A stretch of 40,056 nucleotides of DNA, from positions 1 through 40,056 of the IMG/VR virus record IMGVR_UViG_3300017700_000643. One strand, written 5' to 3'. This DNA comes from a virus (Duplodnaviria > Caudoviricetes). The notes below the pieces were generated by a model. The model was not told the DNA's origin and did no database searches. It was given only the letters and a program-made list of their open reading frames with translations. Shown one piece after another: positions 15,863 to 24,413 of this stretch (its first letter is position 1; each line of letters begins with the position of its first letter). The translations under genes and the position numbers were made by a program.

Positions 15863-16151
15863 CCCAGCCGCAGGCGGCGGCCTGACCCTTGTCCATACCC
15901 GAGGCGCCACGCCATTGCCGCGCCCTCCTGTCTGGGTGTTGCTCTGGAGCCAAAGCCAGAACGCGCTTCACGTCGAAACCGTCGATGACATGCTGACGGC
16001 AAACCGGAAAGCCTACAGCGAGGACAGGCGCATGGACTACGTGCCGGTCTGCATCGGCCCGGAGGACGTGGTTCGCCAGATGGCCGACGCGATCCGCAAC
16101 ACCGTACACACGCGAGAGCTCAACAAGGCGGAAAAGCGGGAGCTTGTCTGA
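15846..16151 (+). CDS. Hypothetical protein
   Basis: ATG 15846 overlapping the helicase end; 101 aa, VLLWSQSQNALHVE...DRRMDYVP. Confidence 0.7.
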   Translation: MNTPSNPAAGGGLTLVHTRGATPLPRPPVWVLLWSQSQNALHVETVDDMLTANRKAYSEDRRMDYVPVCIGPEDVVRQMADAIRNTVHTRELNKAEKRELV

Positions 16152-16156
16152 TGCCG

Positions 16157-16396
16157 TCAGTCTTCCAGGTCAAAGGCGTCTTGCACCTGGCGGATGATGC
16201 CGGCCACATCGGCGCGGTAAGTCTCACGGCTGCGTACCGTCTTGACTGTCCAGTTGGCTCCGCGTCCGCTGGGCTGCTTCCACACAATGCCGCCCGCCTG
16301 AATGTCCGTCACCTGGCCCCGCAGCTCCGGAATGGCGTCGATGCGCTCCTGAATCAAGGCCTGGAGCTGGGCGGCGGTTCTTGTGGGCTTGGGCAT
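16157..16396 (-). CDS. Small counter-oriented (moron-like) hypothetical protein
   Basis: 79-aa ORF opposite to its neighbours; extended -10 TG-A-TACGCT lies 6 nt before the ATG (leaderless). Confidence 0.7.
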   Translation of the reverse strand: MPKPTRTAAQLQALIQERIDAIPELRGQVTDIQAGGIVWKQPSGRGANWTVKTVRSRETYRADVAGIIRQVQDAFDLED

Positions 16397-16415
16397 GGTG
16401 GCAGCGTATCAGGTC

Positions 16416-16794
16416 GGGTTTCCACTAAGCAAGCGTGGCTTGCGCGCGCAACTGTGGGTTGCGTGGGGTTTTCCCTTCCCCGCCAGCAGCATAACCCGCC
16501 CCATCGGGCTGCAGGCCGCGCCCAGCTTGGCATCCGCCGAGAGCCGGTTAGCGCCGGGATCCGCCCGGCTCGGGTTTACCCCCAGCAAGCCACAGTTGCA
16601 TTTCCCGATTTCCGGATTTTTCGCCCTGATTTGGTCCGATTCCGGCTGAATTCGAGCCAAAAACAGGGGACGGGACCGAAACAGGCTTTTTCAGCAGCAC
16701 CAGGTCATTTTCTCCAATGGAATCAACGGCTTAATGCTGGTACTCACACAAGCGCACAACTTGAATGCAACTGCCAGTTGCGTGGGGTAAACCC
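16416..16794. repeat. Four 28-bp bipartite palindromic sites plus an IHF box
   Basis: GCAA-N7-TTGC-N3-(GGGTAAACCC-like) at 16416-16443(-), 16448-16475(+), 16572-16599(-), 16767-16794(+); IHF consensus AATCAACGGCTTA at 16721-16733. Confidence 0.8.
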
Positions 16795-16885
16795 TGGCCA
16801 GCACCACGGGCAACCCCAAATAGTCGGGATTCCGACACCCCGCCCGGCGGACGCTATGGCTTTCCAACCTCAAAGGAGCCAGCCC

Positions 16886-17086
16886 ATGCGCCGATTCATT
16901 GACGCCATCGACCCCATTTGCTGGGCCATGTGGATTTCCTGCTGGATTGCGCGCGCGCTGCTCAAGGTGATGTGTCACTACCCAAGTACCAGGTGGATGG
17001 TGTGGCTCCCCGACGCACTGGGTGATTTCAGTGAATTCCTGCAAAACCATTTCGGCTATCCGGGGCCGTGGAAGAAGTTTCCTTAA
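16886..17086 (+). CDS. Small hydrophobic hypothetical protein (66 aa)
   Basis: AAGGAG RBS at 16873-16878; Trp/Cys-rich hydrophobic N-terminal half. Confidence 0.55.
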   Translation: MRRFIDAIDPICWAMWISCWIARALLKVMCHYPSTRWMVWLPDALGDFSEFLQNHFGYPGPWKKFP

Positions 17087-17096
17087 GGACATGCCT

Positions 17097-17348
17097 ATGA
17101 AGCCGCAGCAGGATCAAGACATTGACGACTTCCCACCTGGCACCTGGGTGAGGACGCCCAGCGGGAAAGTGGGCTCCGTGCTCAAGGCCCGCGGCTCCGA
17201 GAGTAAGCACGATCATTTCCAGCGGGTGGTGGTGTACTTCGGCGGAGGCCCAAGGGACACGGTGGTGCTGCAGCCGCACCTCCTGACCAAGCTCGACAAG
17301 CACCCGGCCAGTGATGGCGATGACTTGAAGGTGCTGGATGTCGCCTGA
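17097..17348 (+). CDS. Small beta-rich protein with KOW/SH3-like pattern
   Basis: TAAGGA RBS; FPPGTWVRTPSGKVGSV...VVVYF...VVLQPHLL resembles KOW/SH3 barrels. Confidence 0.6.
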   Translation: MKPQQDQDIDDFPPGTWVRTPSGKVGSVLKARGSESKHDHFQRVVVYFGGGPRDTVVLQPHLLTKLDKHPASDGDDLKVLDVA

Positions 17349-17535
17349 GGGCATAGCGCTGGCGATGGAGCGCGCCTGGCTTGACCTCATGGAAGCCGAC
17401 CGACGCCACCCGCCGCGCTGGATGTACATCAACGGCGAGCTGTACACCGCCCTGGACGCCTTGGAGCGAGAGCCACAAGTCTGCTCACCCGCTGGCTTGG
17501 CCTGCCTGTTCCCAGCCCTGCGACGCAAGGCCTGA
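17338..17535 (+). CDS. Small hypothetical protein (65 aa)
   Basis: Overlaps the upstream stop; ends immediately before the terS promoter motif. Confidence 0.5.
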   Translation: MSPEGIALAMERAWLDLMEADRRHPPRWMYINGELYTALDALEREPQVCSPAGLACLFPALRRKA

Positions 17536-17572
17536 ACAAACATCCGCCCGAGGCCTTTACGGCGTCAAAAAT
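17536..17572 (+). promoter_or_regulatory. Putative late promoter (motif copy 2), probably giving a leaderless terS mRNA
   Basis: ACAAACATCCG...CAAAAAT; -10 hexamer 6 nt before the terS ATG, which lacks an SD. Confidence 0.6.
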
Positions 17573-17578
17573 CGCTGC

Positions 17579-18109
17579 ATGAGCCTGACACCCCAACAAA
17601 CTCGTTTCGTCGCTGAATACCTGCTGGACCTCAATGCCACTGCGGCTTACAAGCGTGCGGGGTACAAGGCGCAGGGTCGATCTGCCGAGAATGCAGCCTC
17701 CCGCTTGTTGGGGAATGATGGGGTTCAAGCTGCGATCAAGGAAGCCATCGAAAAGCGCGAGAAGCGGACCGAGGTAGACCAGGACTACGTCATCAAGATC
17801 ATCCGGGACACCATAGAGCGCTGCCAGCAAGCCGCTCCTGTCCTTGACCGCCGTGGTGAGCCGGTGATGACAGAAACCCCGGCCGGCGACATCGCCCCAG
17901 CCTACGAGTTCAATGCAATGGCCGTCCTCAAGGGGGCCGAGCTGCTGGGCCGCCACCTCAAGATGTTCACCGACAAGACGGAACTGACCGGCAAGGACGG
18001 TAAGGATTTGGCCTCTGGCTCTGGTGTGCTGCTGGTGCCTGGTGCAATGAGCGTCGAGGACTGGGAGAAACAGGCCAAGGGGCACGCCGAGAGCACCGCC
18101 AAGGCATGA
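17579..18109 (+). CDS. terS: Terminase small subunit
   Basis: LTPQQTRFVAEYLLDLNATAAYKRAGY...ASRLL and ELLGRHLKMFTDKTELTGKDG; overlaps the terL start. Confidence 0.93.
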   Translation: MSLTPQQTRFVAEYLLDLNATAAYKRAGYKAQGRSAENAASRLLGNDGVQAAIKEAIEKREKRTEVDQDYVIKIIRDTIERCQQAAPVLDRRGEPVMTETPAGDIAPAYEFNAMAVLKGAELLGRHLKMFTDKTELTGKDGKDLASGSGVLLVPGAMSVEDWEKQAKGHAESTAKA

Positions 18110-19500
18110 AGCAACCCCCGGTTATCTGGAAGCCGCTACCGGGCAGCCAGTCCCTTTTCCTGCCATGCCCGATATTTGAGGCCTTGCTTGAAGGCACCAG
18201 GGGCGGCGGGAAGACTGACACCCTCCTGATGTCCTTTGCCCAGCACGTTGGGCGCGGATACGGCGAGCACTGGCGCGGCGCACTGTTCCGCCTGACCTAT
18301 CCGCAGCTTGCCGACGTGGTGGCCAAGTCAAAGCGCTGGTTCTATCGCATCTTCCCGGGCGCGAAGTTCAACAAGGTGGACAACTGCTGGACCTTCCCGG
18401 ATGGCGAAATGCTCTATTTTCGGTACGGCGCCGACGATGAGGACTATTGGAATTACCACGGGCATGAGTACCCCTGGCTGGGATTCGAGGAATTGACCAA
18501 CTGGAAGAACCTGTCCTTTTATGAGGCCATGCACTCAACCTGCCGGTCATCGTTCCCCGGTATGCCGCGTATGGTGCGGGCAACCTGCAACCCGTTCGGG
18601 CGCGGGCATGCTGCCGTAAAGGAGCGCTTCAACCTGGGCACGGGCGGCACGCCGTCCGGGACCGTCATCCGCCTGGATGGTGAAAAGCCACGGGTCAGCA
18701 TCCATTCCAGCATCTACGAAAACACCCATATCCTGACCGCTGACCCTGAGTACATCAACACGCTCAAGGCGCTGAAAGACCCGAACCGGCGCAAGGCCTG
18801 GCTGGAAGGTGACTGGGACATCCATGTAGGCAGCTTCCTGGAAGGCGTCTGGGACGCGACAAAGCACGTCGTCAAGCCTTTCCCCATCCCGTCGAGCTGG
18901 AAGGTCTGGAAGTCCATGGACTGGGGCTATGCGGCCCCTTACGCGATCTACTGGTTCGCCATGGACCCGGACGGCTGTATCTACATCTGGCGGGAGTGCT
19001 ACGGCGCTGGCGAGAAGGCCGGCACCGGCACCCGAGAGCAGGCCGCCGCAGTGGCCCGGCGCGTCAAGGCGATAGAGGAACATGATGAACGCCTTGGGTA
19101 TGAGTACCGCGCCAACCTGGCCGACCCCTCCATATTCAGCAAGGTGGGGGCCGACCGCTCCATTGGGAAGATTTTCAGTGACGCCGGCATCAAGTGGCAA
19201 GAGGCCTGGAATGCCAAGGGCTCCCGGGTCAACGGCGCGCAGACCATCATCAACCTGCTGGCCGAAGACAAGCTCAAGGTGTTTTCCAACTGCAAGCACT
19301 GGCTCCGCACCATCCCCAGCATTGGGCCGTCAGACCTCAACCCGGAAGACGTGGACACGGATGCCGAAGACCATGCTTGGGACGCCACCAGGTACGGGGT
19401 TATGCGCCGCCGCCGGTCGCCAGATGACGAACAAAAGTCCGAAGACCCCGCAGGCTCAGATTACAAACAGGACGAACGCGGCCACCACATAGCTGTCTAA
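18106..19500 (+). CDS. terL: Terminase large subunit
   Basis: Walker A GTRGGGKT, Walker B LGFEELT, ATCNP coupling motif, nuclease SMDWG and EDHAWDATRY. Confidence 0.95.
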   Translation: MKQPPVIWKPLPGSQSLFLPCPIFEALLEGTRGGGKTDTLLMSFAQHVGRGYGEHWRGALFRLTYPQLADVVAKSKRWFYRIFPGAKFNKVDNCWTFPDGEMLYFRYGADDEDYWNYHGHEYPWLGFEELTNWKNLSFYEAMHSTCRSSFPGMPRMVRATCNPFGRGHAAVKERFNLGTGGTPSGTVIRLDGEKPRVSIHSSIYENTHILTADPEYINTLKALKDPNRRKAWLEGDWDIHVGSFLEGVWDATKHVVKPFPIPSSWKVWKSMDWGYAAPYAIYWFAMDPDGCIYIWRECYGAGEKAGTGTREQAAAVARRVKAIEEHDERLGYEYRANLADPSIFSKVGADRSIGKIFSDAGIKWQEAWNAKGSRVNGAQTIINLLAEDKLKVFSNCKHWLRTIPSIGPSDLNPEDVDTDAEDHAWDATRYGVMRRRRSPDDEQKSEDPAGSDYKQDERGHHIAV

Positions 19501-19515
19501 CCGAAAGCCCTCCCA

Positions 19516-21483
19516 ATGGATCCACTCCTACCACCTGCTACGCCTGACCAGCTCAGCGGACTCCCCGCGGCACCAGGCGCACCGGTCGAGCGCGTGAAGC
19601 CGGAGCCGGATGAGCTGGCCAAGACGTGGAATAAGCGCATTGCTGCTGCCCGGAAGCACTGGGAGAAGTTCCACAAGCGCGTCCAGCACAACCGCGCCAC
19701 GGTGGCCGGCTTCGACTGGACCAAGGACCCGAAGGACAAGGACTTCTACAAGCTCCGGGCGAACCTGATTCACGGCACTATCACCGCGATACTGCCCAAC
19801 ATCTACGCCAAGAACCCCGAAATCAGCGCTTCATCCACCCACAAGGGGCGCAACCTCAAACTGCTGTGCAAGACGCTGGAGACGGTCACAAACCGCTATC
19901 TTGAGCAGGCCGACCTCAAGAACAGGGCCAAGTCCAGCGTGCGATCTGCCCTGACTTGCTCGTTTGGCGTGGTGAAGGTCATGTATCAGCGCGACATCCG
20001 CGAAGACCCGCTCATCCGTGGCCGCATCCAGGACACCCAGGACAACATCCTGGCCGCCGAAGGGCTGCTTGCTGACGTGACGGACCCGGCCCAGCGTGGC
20101 GACATCGAGGCCAAGCGCGCAGAGCTGGACCAGATGATGACTTCGCTGAATGCCAAGCTCGAAGTCACGGCCGCCGAGGGCCTGGTGATTGACCGCGTGC
20201 TGACGGACAACCTCATTGTTGACCCGGGCGTGTGCGAGTTCTGGGACTACAAGGATGGCGACTGGATAACCCAGGTCATCCCAACAAAGCGCTCCGCCGC
20301 AGAAGCCCAGTACAACATGCTGCTGACCAACGCCACCGGGTACGACGCGGGCGCGGGCGGAATGACAAAGGGCGATGGTCGCCTGGCCTCTGGCGTCTCA
20401 AAGGATTCCGGCGACCAGATGATTGCCGTTCTGGAAATCTGGGACAAGCGCAGCAACACGGTTTTCACCATGGCCGAGGGCTGCGACTACTGGCTGCGCG
20501 AGCCCTACAACCCGCCCAAGGCCGGCGAGCGCTGGTATCCCTTCTTCCTCCTGCCCTTCAATGTGGTGGACGGCCAGTTTGTAGGCCCCAGCATGGTAGA
20601 CCTCACCGAAAGACTGCAGGACGAACACAACGACGCCCGCAACGGCTTCAACAAGCACCGAGAGCTGTGCAAACCAGGCTGGATTGGCAGCTCGGACATC
20701 AACGAAAAGTCTATCAAGCGGTATACGGATAGCGAGATTGGCGAGATAACCATTCTGGACCTTGAGGGCAAGCCGCTCAGTCAGGTCATCATCCCGCGAC
20801 AGCACCCAGCGATTGACCCCACCGTGTACGACACCAGCGCTGTGCGCTACGACTGGGAGCAGGTCACTGGCCTGCAGGATGCCGCGCGCGGGTCCACAGT
20901 CAACCCCAAGACAGCGACGGAGGCCAGCATCATGCAGCAGAGCCTTTCCGGCCGCGTGAGCGAGTTCCGCGACGGCGTAGAGGACTGGCTGCAGGAAATC
21001 GCCCGCTATGGCGCTCAAATCCTTTTGCAGGAGCTGACCACCCAGCAGGTCGAGCGGATCATGGGGCCGCCTGTCATGAAGATGGTCAAGAACCCAGCCG
21101 ACCCAATGGGCGGCATGGTCGAGACACCGGAAAAGCAATACGACTGGCCCGAGCTGTCCCGCGAAGAAGTGTTCGACATGATCGAAATGAAGATCAGGGC
21201 CGGCACCACCAGCGCGCCGGACAAGCTCGAACAGCAGGAAGCTTGGACCAAGGTGTTGCCCATCATCCAGGAACTGGTGAAGACCATCAGCACACTGCAG
21301 GCCCAAGGCCAAGACGCCGAGCCCTTCATCAACATGCTGCGCGAGACGCTGGCCCGCTTCGATGAACGCCTCGATGTAGAGCAGTTCCTTCCCAAGGCCC
21401 CGCAACTCCCTCCGCCCGCGATGCCCGGCGGCATGCCCGGCGGATTGGGCGGCCCTCAAGTTTCTCCCCCTGTAATGCAATAA
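19516..21483 (+). CDS. Portal protein
   Basis: 655 aa directly after terL; TATEASI motif typical of podoviral portals; Pro-rich tail. Confidence 0.85.
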   Translation: MDPLLPPATPDQLSGLPAAPGAPVERVKPEPDELAKTWNKRIAAARKHWEKFHKRVQHNRATVAGFDWTKDPKDKDFYKLRANLIHGTITAILPNIYAKNPEISASSTHKGRNLKLLCKTLETVTNRYLEQADLKNRAKSSVRSALTCSFGVVKVMYQRDIREDPLIRGRIQDTQDNILAAEGLLADVTDPAQRGDIEAKRAELDQMMTSLNAKLEVTAAEGLVIDRVLTDNLIVDPGVCEFWDYKDGDWITQVIPTKRSAAEAQYNMLLTNATGYDAGAGGMTKGDGRLASGVSKDSGDQMIAVLEIWDKRSNTVFTMAEGCDYWLREPYNPPKAGERWYPFFLLPFNVVDGQFVGPSMVDLTERLQDEHNDARNGFNKHRELCKPGWIGSSDINEKSIKRYTDSEIGEITILDLEGKPLSQVIIPRQHPAIDPTVYDTSAVRYDWEQVTGLQDAARGSTVNPKTATEASIMQQSLSGRVSEFRDGVEDWLQEIARYGAQILLQELTTQQVERIMGPPVMKMVKNPADPMGGMVETPEKQYDWPELSREEVFDMIEMKIRAGTTSAPDKLEQQEAWTKVLPIIQELVKTISTLQAQGQDAEPFINMLRETLARFDERLDVEQFLPKAPQLPPPAMPGGMPGGLGGPQVSPPVMQ

Positions 21484-21493
21484 AGGACAAACC

Positions 21494-22594
21494 ATGCCAC
21501 CTGAACTTAATACCGAGGCCACCACTACCACCGCCCCCGATACCACGGCCAAGGCTGACGCCACCGACCTGCACGCGCCGGATACCACCAGCACGCCGGA
21601 TCCTGCCGCGTCTGCAGCCTCTGACGCTGCCGCCGCCGCTGCACCTGGTGCCAAGGGCGCGGCCTTCCTGGACGCCCTGATGGAGCAACCAGGCACTGCA
21701 GCAGCAGGCACGGGCACGGCCGCAGCCAATCCCGCCGCAGCAACCGCGGCAACCACCGGCAAGCCCGGCGAGAAGCCTGCCGGCGCCGCGGTGGACGCAG
21801 CTGCGCAGCCCGGCGCAAAGACCGTCGAGCAGGAGGAAGCCGAGCTTCTGGATGGTGTGAAGTCCGAGCGCGGCAAAGAGCGCATTAAGGCGGTATTCGC
21901 CAAGTCCAAAGAGCTGGAAACCGACATCAAGGAATTCCGCGAGCTGGTGAATTCCACCGGCATGAGCCCGCAGGACTTCGCCCAAACCCTGGAGTTTGGC
22001 CGCCTGGTCAACTCCGGCAAGGAGCAGGACATCCGGGTTGCGCTTGAAATGGTGGAGACACAGCGCACCGCCTTGTATGCCAAGCTGGGCGTCGAGGCCC
22101 CGGGCATTGACTTGCTGGCAGGCCATGACGATCTGAAATCCCAGGTCGATAACCTCGAAATCACCCGCGCCGCAGCCGTTGAGCTTGCGAAGCATCGCCG
22201 CAATGCAGGCGAACAGCAACAGCGCCAGCAGGTGCAGCAGCAGACCCAGCAGGAGCAGCAGCAGTTTGTCCAGACGGTCAACCAGGCATCAACAGCCATG
22301 GAGGCCTACCTCGAAACCCGCAAGAATGAGGTGGACCACCTGCCCCGCATGAAAGTTCTGTCAGACCATTTCCGCGACCCGGCCAAGATGCAGCACTTTG
22401 TCAGCACGTACCGCCCCGACCAGTGGGCGGCGACTGTGAAGATGATGTATGACAACGTGACGGTTGCGCGGCAGCCTGGCGCCGGGGGCAACCAGCCTTT
22501 GCGCTCGCGGCCGGCGAACCTCGGCACCGCATCAACTTCCGGCCAGTCCACCACGGACCGCATGCTGAACCGCCTGGATCAGATGGGCCTTTGA
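21494..22594 (+). CDS. Scaffolding protein (putative)
   Basis: Low-complexity acidic/Ala N-terminus, coiled coil, located between portal and capsid; AAGGA RBS. Confidence 0.7.
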   Translation: MPPELNTEATTTTAPDTTAKADATDLHAPDTTSTPDPAASAASDAAAAAAPGAKGAAFLDALMEQPGTAAAGTGTAAANPAAATAATTGKPGEKPAGAAVDAAAQPGAKTVEQEEAELLDGVKSERGKERIKAVFAKSKELETDIKEFRELVNSTGMSPQDFAQTLEFGRLVNSGKEQDIRVALEMVETQRTALYAKLGVEAPGIDLLAGHDDLKSQVDNLEITRAAAVELAKHRRNAGEQQQRQQVQQQTQQEQQQFVQTVNQASTAMEAYLETRKNEVDHLPRMKVLSDHFRDPAKMQHFVSTYRPDQWAATVKMMYDNVTVARQPGAGGNQPLRSRPANLGTASTSGQSTTDRMLNRLDQMGL

Positions 22595-22614
22595 CCTGCA
22601 CGTAACCTAGAACC

Positions 22615-22641
22615 AGCCCGGCAAGTCCGGGCTTTTTCTTT
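22615..22641 (+). terminator. Intrinsic terminator after the scaffold gene
   Basis: AGCCCGG-caagt-CCGGGCT followed by TTTTCTTT. Confidence 0.85.
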
Positions 22642-22647
22642 GGTGCG

Positions 22648-22684
22648 ACAAATGTCCGGCGGGTGCTTGACGCGGCCCAATAAT
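22648..22684 (+). promoter_or_regulatory. Putative late promoter (motif copy 4) for the capsid operon
   Basis: ACAAATGTCCGGCGGG...ACGCGGC..AATAAT, immediately after a terminator; closest match to the lysis copy. Confidence 0.7.
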
Positions 22685-22690
22685 TCCATT

Positions 22691-22953
22691 CACCAGTTGC
22701 GCGGTTAGCGATTGTCTGGTTTGCAAAACGTGCGATAGCGGGGTTCGCCTCCCGAAGCAAATCACTCAATAGCCGATTGCGCTACACATCGAAATGTCGC
22801 TGCATCGCCGGAGTCGCGTCCGGTAGCGCCAAGCGCTCGGGGTCTTGTGTATCCGAAGTCACGACGGAAACCCCAAGCGCTAAACCTGACGGAAAGGGCG
22901 TGCTGTCAACGGTGTGAAGGAGTTTCCCAACCTTCATTTATCGGAGCAGCATC
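22691..22953 (+). ncRNA. Structured 5' leader / candidate ncRNA upstream of the major capsid gene
   Basis: Three stem domains, each capped by a related hairpin loop (GTTCGCCT, AGTCGCGT, AAGTCACGA), then two more hairpins before the RBS. Confidence 0.55.
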
Positions 22954-24003
22954 ATGCCTATTTCCTCGCCCGACCTTGCCGAACTGGCAAAAGTCTCCCT
23001 TGACGATTACCTGCGCAACATCCCGGTCGATCAGATCGCGATTGAGCGTCCCTTCCTCAAAAAGCTCATGGCCGGCCGCAAGACCTTCCTGGGCGCAAAA
23101 CAGAACGTCGTAGAAAACATCCGCAAGGACTACGGTTCTAACTTCACCTGGGCCTATGGTGAAGACGCGGTGGCTTTCAACAAGCGCAACACCACCGAAG
23201 GCGCTGCCTTCCCATGGCGCCGCGCCGTGGACGGCCTCTACCTGGACTATGACCGCCTGTTTGGCAACGGCATCAAGGTCCGTGAAGGTGGCCGCGGCGA
23301 ATTCAAGCTCGAACAAAACGAGAAGGTCCAGCTGGTCAACCTGATGGATGAGCAGATGGAAGTCCTCAAGGAAGGCTTCATGAAGAAGCTGGACTTCGAG
23401 CTGCACCGCTCTGGCGCTGCCAGCACCGACGCCATCACCGGTCTGGACACCCTGGTTTCCATCGCTCCGACGACTGGCACCGTGGGCGGCTTGAACCGTG
23501 CCACCGCCACCTACTGGCGCAACTACGCAGAGACGGCAATCGCCAGCACCACCGCTGGCCTGCTGGCTACGCGCATGGAACTGGCCTGGCGCAAGTGCAT
23601 CAAGAACGGCGGCGCTCCAGACTTCATCCTGGCCGGCGGCAAGTTCATCGACGCATACCGTCAGTACGCCATCACCGTGACGAACAACGCCGAGGCAGGC
23701 TCTGCCAAGCGTCTGGACGCAGGTGTGGGCACTGGTGTGAACACCGGCCTGTACTTCAAGGGCGTGGAAATCCTCTGGGATCCACAGTTTGAAGAACTGG
23801 ACGCCCTGGATGCGCCGGCTGTCGAGTGGGAGAAGCGCTGCTACTTCCTGAACTCCAAGCACATTAAGTACCGCGATGACGAAATGGACATCGTCACCCC
23901 GACCCGTCCGCACACGGTGCTGGCGCTGTACACGATGGTGAATCTGCGCTGCGCGCTGTCCATCAACCGCGCCAACGCAATGGCCGTTCTGGCAATCGCT
24001 TAA
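22954..24003 (+). CDS. Major capsid protein
   Basis: 349 aa, GGAG RBS, strongly biased codons, follows the scaffold gene, followed by a terminator. Confidence 0.85.
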   Translation: MPISSPDLAELAKVSLDDYLRNIPVDQIAIERPFLKKLMAGRKTFLGAKQNVVENIRKDYGSNFTWAYGEDAVAFNKRNTTEGAAFPWRRAVDGLYLDYDRLFGNGIKVREGGRGEFKLEQNEKVQLVNLMDEQMEVLKEGFMKKLDFELHRSGAASTDAITGLDTLVSIAPTTGTVGGLNRATATYWRNYAETAIASTTAGLLATRMELAWRKCIKNGGAPDFILAGGKFIDAYRQYAITVTNNAEAGSAKRLDAGVGTGVNTGLYFKGVEILWDPQFEELDALDAPAVEWEKRCYFLNSKHIKYRDDEMDIVTPTRPHTVLALYTMVNLRCALSINRANAMAVLAIA

Positions 24004-24019
24004 ACGGTTGCAAGCGAAT

Positions 24020-24051
24020 GCCCGGCCACTTCACCCTGGCCGGGCTTTTTT
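24020..24051 (+). terminator. Intrinsic terminator after the capsid gene
   Basis: GCCCGGCCA-N8-TGGCCGGGC followed by T6. Confidence 0.88.
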
Positions 24052-24074
24052 CCACCTGAAACAGAAAGAGTCCC

Positions 24075-24401
24075 ATGCCCAAAATTGCAATGCCCTACGT
24101 CGATCTGACGATCCGCCGCGATGCCAACACCATCACGCCAATCCAGGTGCCGGCTTATGAGGTGCCGCTGGTCAAACATATCTTCGGCAAGGAAAACGTG
24201 ACGGATGAGAGCCCGGCACCGGTTGGCGTCGAGCTGGACCCCGAAGGCGAATACGAGCGCCTGTCCGCCAAGTACGGCGCCGAGGCCATCGCCAAGTTTT
24301 ACGGCGACGACGGCGGCCAGCGCCTGCAGGAGCTGATTGCCAAGGCTCTGGAAGCTGCCGACAAGGCCGCTGCCAAAAAGCCCGCCAAAGCCGACAAGTA
24401 A
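24075..24401 (+). CDS. Hypothetical virion-associated protein
   Basis: 108 aa directly after the capsid terminator; Lys/Ala tail. Confidence 0.75.
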   Translation: MPKIAMPYVDLTIRRDANTITPIQVPAYEVPLVKHIFGKENVTDESPAPVGVELDPEGEYERLSAKYGAEAIAKFYGDDGGQRLQELIAKALEAADKAAAKKPAKADK

Positions 24402-24413
24402 GCAGGCAACACG

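Noticed and set aside
16416-16794. CRISPR array
   Set aside because: The 28-bp units alternate in orientation and are irregularly spaced; no cas genes are present.
16151-16885. 311-aa ORF 16151..17086 as a single gene
   Set aside because: It overlaps the counter-oriented 79-aa gene and the repeat array; only the last 66 codons have a good RBS.
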